DNA of 57,285 bases, filler included, from Dirinaria sp. TL-2023a (lineage: Eukaryota), in assembly GCA_051941275.1 (NCBI GenBank). It is 2 parts of 2 records of this genome, joined end to end, with 100 filler letters (N's around TTAATTAATTAA, not from the genome) between each part and the next. Parts side by side here need not be neighbours in the genome. Positions count along the whole stretch, not along the records: positions 28,784 to 57,285 come from JAVEBF010000124.1; 1 more part is not named here. One strand, given 5' to 3'. The notes under the pieces are model-generated. The model was not told the DNA's origin. It searched no databases and worked only from the letters and a program-made list of their open reading frames with translations. Below are positions 36,760-48,791 of this stretch, in pieces. The stretch's first letter is position 1, and every line of letters begins with the position of its first letter. Both the position numbers and the translations under genes were made by a program.

Positions 36760-39700
36760 CTCTTCAATAACAGTGACTACTTACGGAAATCGATCTAATC
36801 TAACGATAATGTCGACAAAATGCTGAAGAAACGAGTCTCAGATGAGACATCAGTCGAGATTCGTGCTTCTTTCGCAAGCTCGACAGCTCTTGCAAATCTC
36901 TTGATATTCGGCTATTCAGTTTCAAAAGACAATCTTTTCTTCGACTTTTCGTCAATGGACAAAGAATATCGAGTGGAACAAGACGCTTTAAGAGCAAGAA
37001 CTAGGAAAACTGATTCAATCGAATAACGATGTGAAAATTACTCAGACAAAACAAAATTCAGACATCTGGGTCGACTTCTTTTTTCAAACTCGATAGCAGT
37101 TGCTATAAAAAGCGAAATGATACTGTTCTTATTATTCTGAGACTCTTTGCTTATTATCACTGCGACAATTGAAATGATCCATCGACAACCAAATTCAAAA
37201 GACGATCTTTTACTTTTTGGCAAAGAACATCGTGTGGAAACTGTTTAATAAGAAGAATCGATCTTATTAAACGACAATGTCGAAAATTACTCGAACAAAT
37301 CAAAATTCAGACATTCGAGTCGACGTCTTTTTTCCAAGTTCAACAGCTGCTGTTAACAGTGAAAGGATTCTGTTCTTATTTTTTTTAAATCTTTATCATC
37401 ACTGATGAGAATGCATTCACTAACACTTCGAGTTCTTTGATCAATTTCAATAGACGATATTTCTTCGATTTTTCGTCAAAGAATATCGAGTGAAATAACA
37501 CGCTTTATCGACCAAACTCAAGATACTCGAACAGCAGAAATCAGAAGTTACGAGAATCGATATTATTCAACGACAGTGGTCGAAAACTACTCGGACAGAC
37601 TCAGAGATTTCAGATCTCGAAGTCGATATCTTTTTTCAAGCTCAACAGCTGTTGTTAAAAGTGAAATGATATTGTTCTTATTATTTTCAAATCTTTATTA
37701 TCACTGAAGTTAATGCATTCACTGACACTTCGAATCCTTGGACAATTGATTTCAAAAGCCATCGCTGTTTTACTTTTGACAAAGGACATCGAGTGGAATA
37801 AAACGTCTATCGTACAAAACAGCAAAAACAGAAAACTCGTCGTTGGAACTCAGTCATTTCGAAACTCTGTCATTACTGACGATGACATTTCAACTTCTTC
37901 GCCGAGACTTAATTTCGAAATTTAATTTTTCATCGACAATAAAAAACAAAGAACATCTAGTGGAACAGAAGTTACAGAACTCTTAATCGACAACGAAAAT
38001 AAGAAAAAGCTAGCTTCTACAACGTTAAAGCAGCAGAGACGGCGAAAATCGATTGAACGAAGAACCTGACGAAGATCTAAAGAAATAACTTTTAGATGAG
38101 ACATCAGTCGAGATTCGTGTCTCTTTCCGCAATTCCGATAGCTCTTGCGATTGATGATAAAATCACAATCAGATCCCAGGATGCTCGAATAGCAAATTCC
38201 ACCGGAACCGATCTGCTTTAACGAAAATATCGACGAAAGTCTCACTAGTCTAAGCTTTGACACTAGAGTGTGTACTCTTTTCGCAAGCTTAGCAGCTGCT
38301 GCTGTGCACAGTGGCCAGTGGAACGATATTGCTCTTGGAATTTTCAAACTTTTACTATTATTGAAACTATGAAAATCGAGTCCTTCGATAATTATCAAAG
38401 AAAATCCAGTGGAACAAAACGCTTTAAAAACAGCCAAGCATATTCGAAAAACAAATCGACGAAATTCAAGATTTTAAGATGCTCGAGCAGTCAAGATTAC
38501 GGGAATCGATCTTTTGACGATAATGCGAAAAATTACTCAGATAAATCGAAACTCAGAAATTCGAGTCGACGTCTTTTTCTCGAGGACTAAGGTCAGCAGC
38601 TGCTGTTAACAACATGATGATATTATTTTTATTATTTTTCGAACTTTCACCATTACTGAAACTGGAAAAATCGAAAAAACGATCCTCTTTTTTTTTTTTT
38701 TACTTTTACGAAGCAAAGAATATCCAGTAGAAACTGTGAAATAAAATGCAGATGGTATACAACGAAGAATTCAGAAAGCTAACGAACAAATTTCAAGATG
38801 CTCCAGCAGCAGAGATCAAGAGAAACGATTTTTAACGATACTTTTCGCGAAACTGTGAAGAAATGAGTCCAAGCTTAGGTCACCCTGGGATCTGTGCGAT
38901 TGTTCCCTTTCCGCAAGCTCGACAGCTGCTGTTGTTTACAGTAAAATGATATTACTTTTGTCATTTCTCAACTTCTACCAGCACTGAAGCTAACGCGTTC
39001 ACTATTGCGTTTCCAGCTCTTCAGTTCGATAATCAGCTTTCAAAGACGATCTTCGTCACAATTTTATCCTCTGAAACTAGTCTTGGTCCTTGGACAAATA
39101 GTTTACGCGCTCTAAATAAAAATCAATCCATCCTCAAAGAAAAGTCGAAAAGACAATCTTTCTTCGACTTTTCCAAAGCAAAGAAGATCCAGTGGAAACT
39201 GTGGAATAAAACGCAGATGATAGACAACGAAGAATACAGAAAACTCAACAATAAAATCCCAGATGCTAGAACAGCAAATTTCACTGGATTCGATCTTATC
39301 TGTCGAAAATATCGAAAATTACTCGAACAAATCAAAGTTCAGACATTCGCGAGGTCGTGGGTTTTCCTACGAAGTCGGCAGCTGCTGTTGTTAACAGTGA
39401 AATGATATTGCTCTTGGAATTTTCAAACTTTTACTATCGTTGAAACTGAAAATATCAAATTTTTTCAAAACGATTTCAAAAGCAATCGTTCTTCGACTTC
39501 TCCAGCAAAGAAAATCGAGTGGAACAAAACCCATATCGTCCAAAACAAAAAGGGTTCAGAAAACTAACGAACGAAATTCAAAATGCTTAACCAGCAAAGA
39601 TCAAGAAAATCACGAATTCACGAGAATACGTTGGGCATCGCTGGAAAATGTGGATCTTTTTGTCCAAGATCGACAGCTGTTGCTATTAAAAGTAGAATAA

Positions 39701-41100
39701 AATTACCCTTGTTATTTTCAATCTTTTACTACCATTGAACATGGAAAAATCGAGTCCTTCGATAATCAGCTTTAAAGACAATCGTTCTTCGGCTTCTCCA
39801 GCAAAGATATCGAGTGGAACAAAACGTTCAAGACAGGAAATTCAGAAATTCAGAAAATTGATCAATAAAATTTTAAGATTTTGAACCAGCAAAGGTCAAG
39901 GAAATCACGATTAAACGAGAATACGTTGGGCATCGCTGGGAAATATGATATCCTTTTCCCAAGGTCAGCAGCTGCTGTTGTTAAGGATAAAATGATATTG
40001 CTCTTGCAATTTTCAAACTTCTAACCATCGTTTAAATTGGAAATATCGAGCTCTTTGTTGATCATCAAAGAAAATCGAGTGGAACAACACTTGTAATCGA
40101 CAACGAGAATTACAGAATGTTATTCGATGGGACTCAAGACACTTTTATGACTTTGTCCTTGTCATTTTCAAACTTCCATTATCATTGAAATTACGTACTC
40201 ACTATGTACGACGGGATCTTCGAGAATCGATTTCAAAAGACAATTTTTATTCGATCTTTTAGCAACGAAGATCCAGTGGAACAAAACGTTTAGAAAATAG
40301 CGAATGGTATACAAAGCTAGCTTTTGAGATGCTCTAACAGCAGAGACTACGGGAATCGATTTAACGGAAAACTTGCCGAATGTCTAAAAACATGAGTCTC
40401 GGATAAAGTATCGAGCTCGATGCTACTTTTACAAGCTTAGTAGCTCTGGCGATCTACGATAAACTGACATTTATCAAGTCATTTTAATTCTTTATTATTA
40501 ATAACGAGGACCATTCAGTTTCTTCGATAATGAAAATCAAAGAAAATCGAGTGAAATACGGCGCTCAATCGATAAAGAAGAATAAAGAAGTCAATTCAAA
40601 ATGCTCGAACAGCAGAGACTACGAGAGTCGATCTTATCCAACGGAAGCTTGAAAAATAAGTCTAAGCTTAGACACATGGATCTGAGCTCTTTTTTCAATT
40701 TCGATAGCTCTTGAGATTTATAAATTCTTCAACAATCAATCTCAAAAGCAATCGTTCTTCGACTTCTCCAACAAAGATATCGAGCGAAACAAAACCCATA
40801 TCGTCCAAGACAAAAAGAGTACAGAAAACTAACGAACGAATTTCAACATGCTTAACCAGCAAAGGTCAAGAAAATCACGATTTCACGAGAATACGTTGAG
40901 CACCGCTGGGAAATGTGGATCTTTTTGTCCAAGGTCCTCAGCTATTGTTGTTAACAGTGAAAAAATATCGCTCTCCCGATTTTCAAACTTTTCCCTCCCT
41001 TGGAACTATAAAGATCGAGCCCTTCGATAATCTTCTTTAAAAGACGATTCTCGCCACACCTTTATCCTCTGGAACTGGAACTAACCTCCAACAATCATCT
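36760..41100. repeat. Degenerate tandem array, sub-array A (~15 units, typically ~170-330 bp)
   Basis: Landmark ATC(G/C)AGTGGAA at about 36971, 37232, 37488, 37791, 37958, 38407, 38725, 39190, 39517, 39812, 40077, 40274, 40549 and 40782, with recurring GATGCTCGAACAGCAG, GAATCGAT, CAGCTG..GTTAACAGTGAAATGATATT and ATTTTCAAACTTT motifs; near-identical blocks from 39481 and 40748. Confidence 0.9.
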
Positions 41101-43790
41101 TATGAGCTCTTATTAAAACCCGAGCTATTTGCAAAACAAAGACGAAAAATTACTTAATTCTAAAACTACAACCAAAATATCATATTCTCCAAAGCCAAAA
41201 CGAATTGAGACGTCGACAGACACTTTATACGGCTCTCATTTGAGAAGAATTAACTCGCGTCACAATTTTATTCTTCGAACTATCCTCGAATCAATTCATC
41301 GAGAGAGTCTAGATTACAAGCGAATTTATTCTCAAAGAAAAGTTCAAGAGTTACTTAATTTTAATGTGCTTCAAAAACCTCACATTCTCGAAGACCAAAA
41401 CGAATTGGGACGTCGATAAATACTCTATATCACTTTCTTATAGCGATACATTATCCATTTCGAACCCTTCGATAATAGGCTTCAAAAAACAGTTCTCGTC
41501 ATATTTACTTTCTTGAAATGAATCTCGAATATTCGAAATCGATCTTGGTCCTTGGACAATCATATCGAGATACTCAATTGCAAGAGAATTCATTCTCAAG
41601 CAAAGACAAAAGAATTATTTACTCATGATCTGCTTCAAAAACCTCATATTCTCAGAAGTCAAAACGAAAGAGATATCGAATTCATGAATCGATAACACGA
41701 TGAGAGTTTCTAAAATTTTAAAAGACAGTTTTTGCCACGCTTTTGTTCTCTGGAATCGACCTTGGTTCTTGAACAATAATCTTGACAGTTTCAATTCCAA
41801 GAGAATTCATTTCAAATCAAGAACGATAGAGTCACTTTCTCATACTCTACTTCAAAAACCTCACATTCTCAAAAATCAAAACGCATTGAGATGCCGAGTT
41901 CTCTCTTTCAAGAATCAATAAATAGACAACTCTATTCGCTAAAAGACTATAACAGCGCTGTTCAGTGATGAATCGAGGACGAAAAAGATGCTCTTCAACA
42001 TCGATCACTAAACACGTTATCTTTTTTCCAACGTCAACGCGAGCATCTGTGAGGATATACAACGAGATGAGATTATTCTAGTTATTTTCAGACTTTTGTT
42101 ATCATTCATGATGATAAATTCAGCTTCTTGGATAAGAAGTTGAGAAAGAACATTCTTTCTTCGACTTTTTCGATCTGGAATTGAGCTTGTTAAAACTCAA
42201 GTCATTCGCAAAGACGAAGAGTTATTTACTCGTACTCTACTTCAAAAATCTCACATTCTTCAAAACTAAAACGAACTAGATGGGGTTGTTTCTATTCTTT
42301 TTAAGCTTTTGCTATCATTCATGACGACAATCCAGTCTCTTCGATAATCAGTCACGAAAAAAAATCCTTCTTCGACTTTTTCGATCTCAAGTTACCAACT
42401 ATTCTTTAACAACTAGGCTACGAGTTTTAACCAAAACTCAACACAATCGAAAGACGAGACGCTATTTGATCATAATCTGCGACAAGAACCTCACATTCTC
42501 AGAAATCAAAACGAATAAAATGAGAGCACGCGAGTCTCAATTTGAGAATTTACGAAAAGAAAATCTTCCGTCCGTTTTTTCGATCTGGAATTGATCTTGT
42601 TAAAAGCAAATTCATTCTCAAACAAAAATGAAAGAGTTATTTACTCATACTCTAGTTCAAAAATCTCACATTCTCCAAAACTAAAACGAATAAGATAAGA
42701 GCACGCGCGATGTGCGAGTCTCAATTTGATAACTCGTCAAAAGACAAACTTCCTTCGATTTTTCCGAGCTGGAACTATCGATTGATCTTTAACAAATAGA
42801 TTGCAAGCTTTAATCAAAACTCAACACAATCGAAAGACGAGGCGCTAATTGATCATAATCTGTCACAAGAATCCCACATTCTCAAGAGCTAAAACGAGAT
42901 GTGCGAGTCTCAATTTGAGAATTCGTCAAAAGACAAACTTCCGTCCGCTTTTTCCACCTGGAATTGACCTTGTCAAAAGAAAAGTCATTCGCAAAGACGG
43001 AAAGAAACTTAATCGTGACGTACGACTACAAGCTCTACGTTCTAGAGAGCTAAGATGAGCTGAACGTGAACTCACACATCTCAATTCGAGGATTTATGAA
43101 AAGACAATCAGACCGAGGGTCGTTTTCAATTCGCAAACACTCAGAAGAACGCTATGCGAACGCGTGTTTAAAACTCCACGTTCTCAAGAGCTGAAAGAAT
43201 AAAAAATCGACATGTAAGATGTGCGAGTCTGAATTTGAGAAAATTTATCAAAAGAAAATCTTTCTACAGCTTTTCTCACATGAAATGACCTTGAACAATA
43301 AGATTCAGAGCCATTTTTCATTTGTCAAAACGAAGGGCCATTCAATCATAATCTGCGACAAGAATCTCACATTCTTCAAAGCTGAAACGAATGAAATGTG
43401 AGAACTTACGCTATGCGAGTCTTGATTTGAGAACTCGTCAAAAGACAATCTTTATTTCGCTTTTTCCACCTGGAATTGGCCTTGAAAAATTAGACCGAGA
43501 GCCATGCTTTATTCGCAAAGCACTCAGGAGAACGCTATGCGAACGCGTAGCTTAGCTATAATCTCAAAAACTGAAATGAGTGAGACGTCAGCTCACACAG
43601 TGTGCGAATTTCAATTTGAGAATTTGTCAAAAGAAAATCTTTCCACAGCTTTTTTCATCCGAAACTGGTCTTGAAAAATCAGATCGAGAATCACGCTTGA
43701 TTTGCAAGCTCAGAAGAACGCTATGCGAAAGCGTGGCTTGGACTATGTCCTCAAGAGCTGAAATTAAATGGGTGTGACGTGAGCACAAAC
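41100..43790. repeat. Degenerate tandem array, sub-array B (~12 units, typically ~140-260 bp)
   Basis: Landmark AA(C/T)CTCACATTCTC at about 41381, 41645, 41862, 42252, 42492, 42667, 42875, 43036, 43177 and 43368, with GCGAGTCTCAATTTGAGAATT, AAAAGACAA and CTGGAATTGA motifs. Confidence 0.88.
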
Positions 43791-44751
43791 GGTGAAACAA
43801 GGTCATGGAAGAGTTCGTTATTCGATAATGCCGATATCGTTCTTTTAAAAACTCATCAACCGGAGACTTAAAAGATCCTGCGCCAGACATCCTCAACTTA
43901 CAGAAATCACCTTCGATAGAGTTACAACCTAATTGTTCAGATTGACACAGCGCGGAAGTCTTACAATCTTAATCTTCTTCTGCACCGATAACATTCAAGA
44001 TTGAGCGAGTTCTTTAAGATCTGCATTCGTCGGTCGATGTCTGAGAGCGATGATAATTGATAGCGGATGTCGACGATCGAGCAGTTAAAAGAAAGAGCTT
44101 CATAACCGCTCCGCGCAGTGTGCCATCATAAACCTCGCTCTACGTGTATCATCATATCCCTCAGATTCATTAGGATCGTGGCGCTGATCAAAAATGTACA
44201 GCGCGAGTATAGTCTAGCGGTAATTCTTCCTGTGTCATGTTTATCTCGATAGATATTTAATATGCTCAACCATTCAATGGCTGCCGAGCACTGAAACAAA
44301 ATTCAAGTTCGACGAGCTTACTACATGAATCTCTTTGTGATCGGTCTCGGAGATGTTTAGTGTAGAGAGAGCATGTGCAGCCTTTTTCGTTCTCCACTTT
44401 GAAACCGTCTCTTGTTGGAGGTATTTACAGTCGATTAACTAGAGAATACTCTACGAATAAAGTCCACCTCTATTGCGGAATGTTTAGTGACCCGCCTGCA
44501 TAGGCAAGTCTAGTGCTTTCGGTCGTTATTGCTACCTGTTCGAGCTCGTAGGTTATCATTTCGACGGACCGTTTTCCTGGTATGCTTTCTGAGCTTTCAT
44601 GTATCGCGAGCGCTGGAGGCCGCCCGTGGTAGACGCGGCTGCTGCGAGTACCTGTTCCTCCCAAGCATCTGTTGAATAACCTGCACCCTGTGCGTGCATC
44701 CTGAACCTGATATTAATGATATTGTATATTGTCATGATTTCAGAGCCGAGC

Positions 44752-46178
44752 TCAGTCCAATGAGGGTGGCTCTGGCCATCCGGAGTGCTCCAATGCCCAT
44801 TGTACGGCAGACTTGACATCTGTTGCGATAATTTTCGGCTCATGTTCTGGCTTACCGTGCTTGTAGACGCCGGTTTTGACCAGGATAGAAATCCAGTCTG
44901 TTCCAGAAGGACTGATGTAGTCGTTCGCACCCTGGATGTCCGAAGCGGGATTATCTAATTGACTTTAGCATATCGGTTCAGACAATTGGTAATAAGGAGA
45001 CCTGCCTCCAACCATATAGACACGTTGCAAACTGCTTTGCGACATTCCTTTTCCACCTAGCAGCATCTTCCGATGGGCATCAAGTTTTCGCTCTGCGAAC
45101 GAGTACGTCTCATACGATGGCTTCCCAAACACTTTTTTCTTCAGCTGAACGCCTTCCGCTTGGCCCCCTGTGACAGCGTTCCAGACACCTTCAAACGCTT
45201 CGCGGAAGCCTCCTTGCCCTAATCTGTCAAGGTGGTACTCAGAAGCCCACCATAAATCGGGATTTGAGAAGTATAGTCTGGGTTGACCGTCTTGCTGGTA
45301 CCCTCGATTGGGTAAATCTGCATTGCCATTTTCAGGCGATAGTGTGCCAAGATAGCCTTGGTGCGAGAGGAGCAGATCCAGTATGATTTGTGTATCGAGC
45401 GCCCAATCTCGGGGGTCATGGAAGACGAAGATTGCGTCGATACGGAGTCTTTGTTCCTTGTCAGTATCGAAATCCGGGTCTGAAATGATGGGGTACGGCA
45501 GAGATTGTGCGTGAGAGGTGTAGAGCTGACGGTTAGCAACAGGCCAGAGTGAGGGATACGCGGTTATAAGATCTCCAGGAGTTATCACGTTGGTGAAGCC
45601 ATATCTACGTTGACCAATTAGAGACCCGCGCAGACATTTCTACTATAATCCTCGCCCGTACCTTTTTGCGACATTGCGACATTGGCTGCCTTCCCCGCCT
45701 AGGACAAGGACACACTTGTTCTTCAATGGAGGAGCCCCATCATATCCATCAACCAGCTGCGCAAATGGCGTATGGCTCTGTACAAACATGTCCGTGTCTA
45801 GTGGAACATCAAGATACTTGCTGATATCTGAGACACGCTGCTCTTCCGTCTTTCCTCCGCCATTGGTGAGAAGAATGAAGGGTATGCGATGGGACTGGAG
45901 ATAGCGGAGGGTTTTCGAGGCACCAGGAAGGGGCTTAGAACTGCGTAAGAGGACTCCATCGATGCTGTGCTTTTGTTAATCTTTCGTATAAGCAGGTGGT
46001 AGCGGGCTTACTCGAAGGCGAAAGCAAAGTCAGGAACATTCTGGACGCTGCTCGAGTTTCGAAATAACCTGTAAAATTTTGATAAATAAATGGGGCGTAC
46101 AGATGAGCGGACAAGGGACGGAAAGCTAGGTTTTATAGGAGAGTAAGGGCAAAATCTCCGGAAAATTGCACTTGCCAT
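44752..46178 (-). CDS. HAD-superfamily IIA hydrolase, CECR5/HDHD5 (YKR070W-like), probably mitochondrial
   Basis: FAFAFD|IDGVL, ILLTNGGG, VFHDPRDWALDTQI, FSNPDLWW, RLGQGGF, FGKP, MVGD|NPASDIQGAN, SILVKTGVY; three introns, the last a GC-AG intron at 44955-45005; Arg/Ser-rich presequence-like N-terminus. Confidence 0.92.
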
Positions 46179-46445
46179 GGGCGGCAAGGCATTGATGCGG
46201 AGCAACAAGAGATGATGGGTCAAAAATTACACATATATGTACAGCGCGCATACTTCTACAAGCGGAATGTACCCGAGGTACTTCGAGCTCGAGTCAAGCT
46301 GCCGAGGCTGCCTTATCGATAAACGGCCTAGCTTGGTTCGTCACGTTTACTGTCCTTACATAAGAAAAGTAAGCTTATTTCGTCTCTCTACCTTACATCC
46401 ATCGTCAAACCTCAGCCACCGTAACATGGAAAACATATCATCACG

Positions 46446-47672
46446 ATGGCTACCATCAGAGCGGACTCTGAATCTTCTGCATTACCTCTGGAAATTTTAG
46501 CCCAAATCACCTCTTTCCTAAACCCGCCTCGAGGAGGTGGCGACTTGGAAGCATGCCAATTAACCCTCAGTGCTTGCTGCCTCGTGTCCCGAATGTGGTA
46601 CTGTGCTGCTGTCGGACTACTGTACGAAAACCCCTATATCACAGGTTGCAATTACGAGAGGTTCGTGGCAACCATCTGTCCCTCGATAAACGCACATGTC
46701 CGAAAGAATGGTCTTGCAAATCTGGTAAAAACTTTGGATTTGCATCGCCTAGTTTATCATGGCAGCAAGAGCAAGACTGCGAGGTTGCTAGGGAGGGTTA
46801 AGAGTCAGCTTGAAGTTTACGTCGCGCCTCAAGCGAATTTTGGGTCAGTAGAAACCAACTCTGGGCCTCTCATTCGACTGACGGTTTATAGGGTTACTTC
46901 GCTGGCTGCACTGGGTAAATGCAAGAACCTCCATCATCTGGATCTGTCTCTTGTATCCGAAGCACTGAACCACTCAGACTTGTCTCACTCGCTCAGCAAG
47001 CTGGAGCAGCTGGACTTCCTCGCTTTCCCGCGGGCTGGCAAGGTCGGACTGATATCTGTCATCAGAAGCCTACCGTCCAATCTACGCGAGTGTCATTTGA
47101 ATTGCACTTTGAAAACCAGCATCTACTCACATGAGCCCCGACCTCTCGTTGAGCCCAATTATAAGCTAACGCGACTCAAACTTCCATCTGTTCGTCTAGG
47201 GGAATTTTGGAGCCTTCAGGAATATTTGCCGAACTTGGAATACTTGACAATAGGTCCCCCAGCTTCCAGAGGAAGCAGTTCCGCCTTTGACGCCTCCATC
47301 TTTTTCTTCAGTTCCATCCAGCATCTCCGCCTTCCGGTAGAGTGCCTCACTGATTGGTTCTTTGATCCACCGGATTTCTTTGAAAGCAGAGAGCAACAAA
47401 GCCTACTCAGGATTGAGCTCGATAGTGGCGACTTACCCGCTGCATTTGAAGAAAAGAGTATCTGTGACAGCATATGGGATGCCGTGACTACAGGTATCTT
47501 TCCGAATCTGCGCACAGTAGGAGTGCACCGCAGTCTTGACGGCTCGTTTACTCTTGGGCGTAGCGAAGATGCTGAAGACCTGAACCAGTTATTGCAAGCT
47601 CTAGCCCGAGAAGATGGAGACAAGGCTCGACTCAGCGAGGATCTCGCAGGTGTCTATACGTTTGGCGAATAA
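46446..47672 (+). CDS. F-box protein with LRR/RNI-like C-terminal region
   Basis: LPLEILAQITSFL...L.ACCLVSRMWY.AAV.LLY..P, FVATICPS.NAHVRKNGLA.LV..LD; likely 48-nt in-frame intron 46844-46891; divergent from the HAD gene (start codons 268 bp apart). Confidence 0.85.
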   Translation: MATIRADSESSALPLEILAQITSFLNPPRGGGDLEACQLTLSACCLVSRMWYCAAVGLLYENPYITGCNYERFVATICPSINAHVRKNGLANLVKTLDLHRLVYHGSKSKTARLLGRVKSQLEVYVAPQANFGSVETNSGPLIRLTVYRVTSLAALGKCKNLHHLDLSLVSEALNHSDLSHSLSKLEQLDFLAFPRAGKVGLISVIRSLPSNLRECHLNCTLKTSIYSHEPRPLVEPNYKLTRLKLPSVRLGEFWSLQEYLPNLEYLTIGPPASRGSSSAFDASIFFFSSIQHLRLPVECLTDWFFDPPDFFESREQQSLLRIELDSGDLPAAFEEKSICDSIWDAVTTGIFPNLRTVGVHRSLDGSFTLGRSEDAEDLNQLLQALAREDGDKARLSEDLAGVYTFGE

Positions 47673-48791
47673 AGCTCTCAGACTTGCTAACAGACTTGAT
47701 TTATGCTCTCTTCGATTATCCGCATAGACCTTCATTTCTCAATAGAAGGCGTCCTTTATGCGACTGCTCAGTCCAGACAATCTAACAAGCTCTAATATGT
47801 GAAAAATATATGTACTTCAAAACCATGGCGCGTTATTGCCAAAAAGGTATCGTGAGCTGGAAATTATAGCTAAGCCTCGAAATCAGTCTTATCTCGTGCC
47901 CTGACAAGAATGACACAACTTTTCTACCCGACTTATAGCAAAAGTCTGAAAGATTCCGCGGACAGAAGTCTATATCTCACGAAAAAGCATCGATGATGGC
48001 ACCAAAGTAAACAACGTATACAGCACTCCAAGGACCCCAGCAAAAGTAAAGTACCGCTGGGGGCAAGCGCGATAACGAGTTCAATTTAAATCCCATATAT
48101 TCTCCACCACATCTCTTACAGATTACTAGAGATACTGTAGATCCATCGCTTTCTCTTTTGCCTTTGTATGCGTTAATTGAATTACGTAGCCCAATCCCAA
48201 TTCCATCCATGCATCCCGCAAGGGATTGTAAAAAGGGCTAGAACATTGCACTACCTATTAATGAAAAGTAATCTCAGTCGCCTCATCGCGACCCTGTTAG
48301 CCTGCCGAATGGACAGAGTAAAATCCGCGTGCGCAGAAAGATATAGGCGTACGTAGGCTATCGTAGATGAATAATGTAGGAGAGGAAGAGCTTTGAGAAC
48401 GCTAGCTCAAGGAGAATCGAGGCTTAGTGTGTCGAGATACTGCCCCAGACCACGTTTCATTAGTGTAGGACTTTCTCTCGAGTCCTATTCCAAAAATCTA
48501 GATATGCCTTTCATAGGACGCTACTCCGTGTGCTCGTCGAGGAATTGTTAGTTTCTGGGGACAGTATTATTGACGGCAGGAAGCGGCAAAAATTGTTTTC
48601 TTCATTACTGATTCACGAATGTTACAAGATCCTGAACATGCCGCTCTCACGCCCATCTCAAATGGTGCCTGCCACACGCGTTTTGTAGTTCATTGTAGGA
48701 TCGAACATAACTCAATCACAATGATTTTCATTTTTATCGAGCAATTCGATTCCTCATCGCTATATGTACGCGCTAGCAGCTGCAGCCTAAT

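Noticed and set aside
36760..43790. CRISPR-like array or repeat-protein (NLR/ankyrin) CDS
   Set aside because: Motifs are degenerate and the intervening sequences are homologous to each other rather than unique spacers; no cas-like genes; spacings are not frame-preserving and the short ORFs are Lys/Ser/Phe-rich noise.
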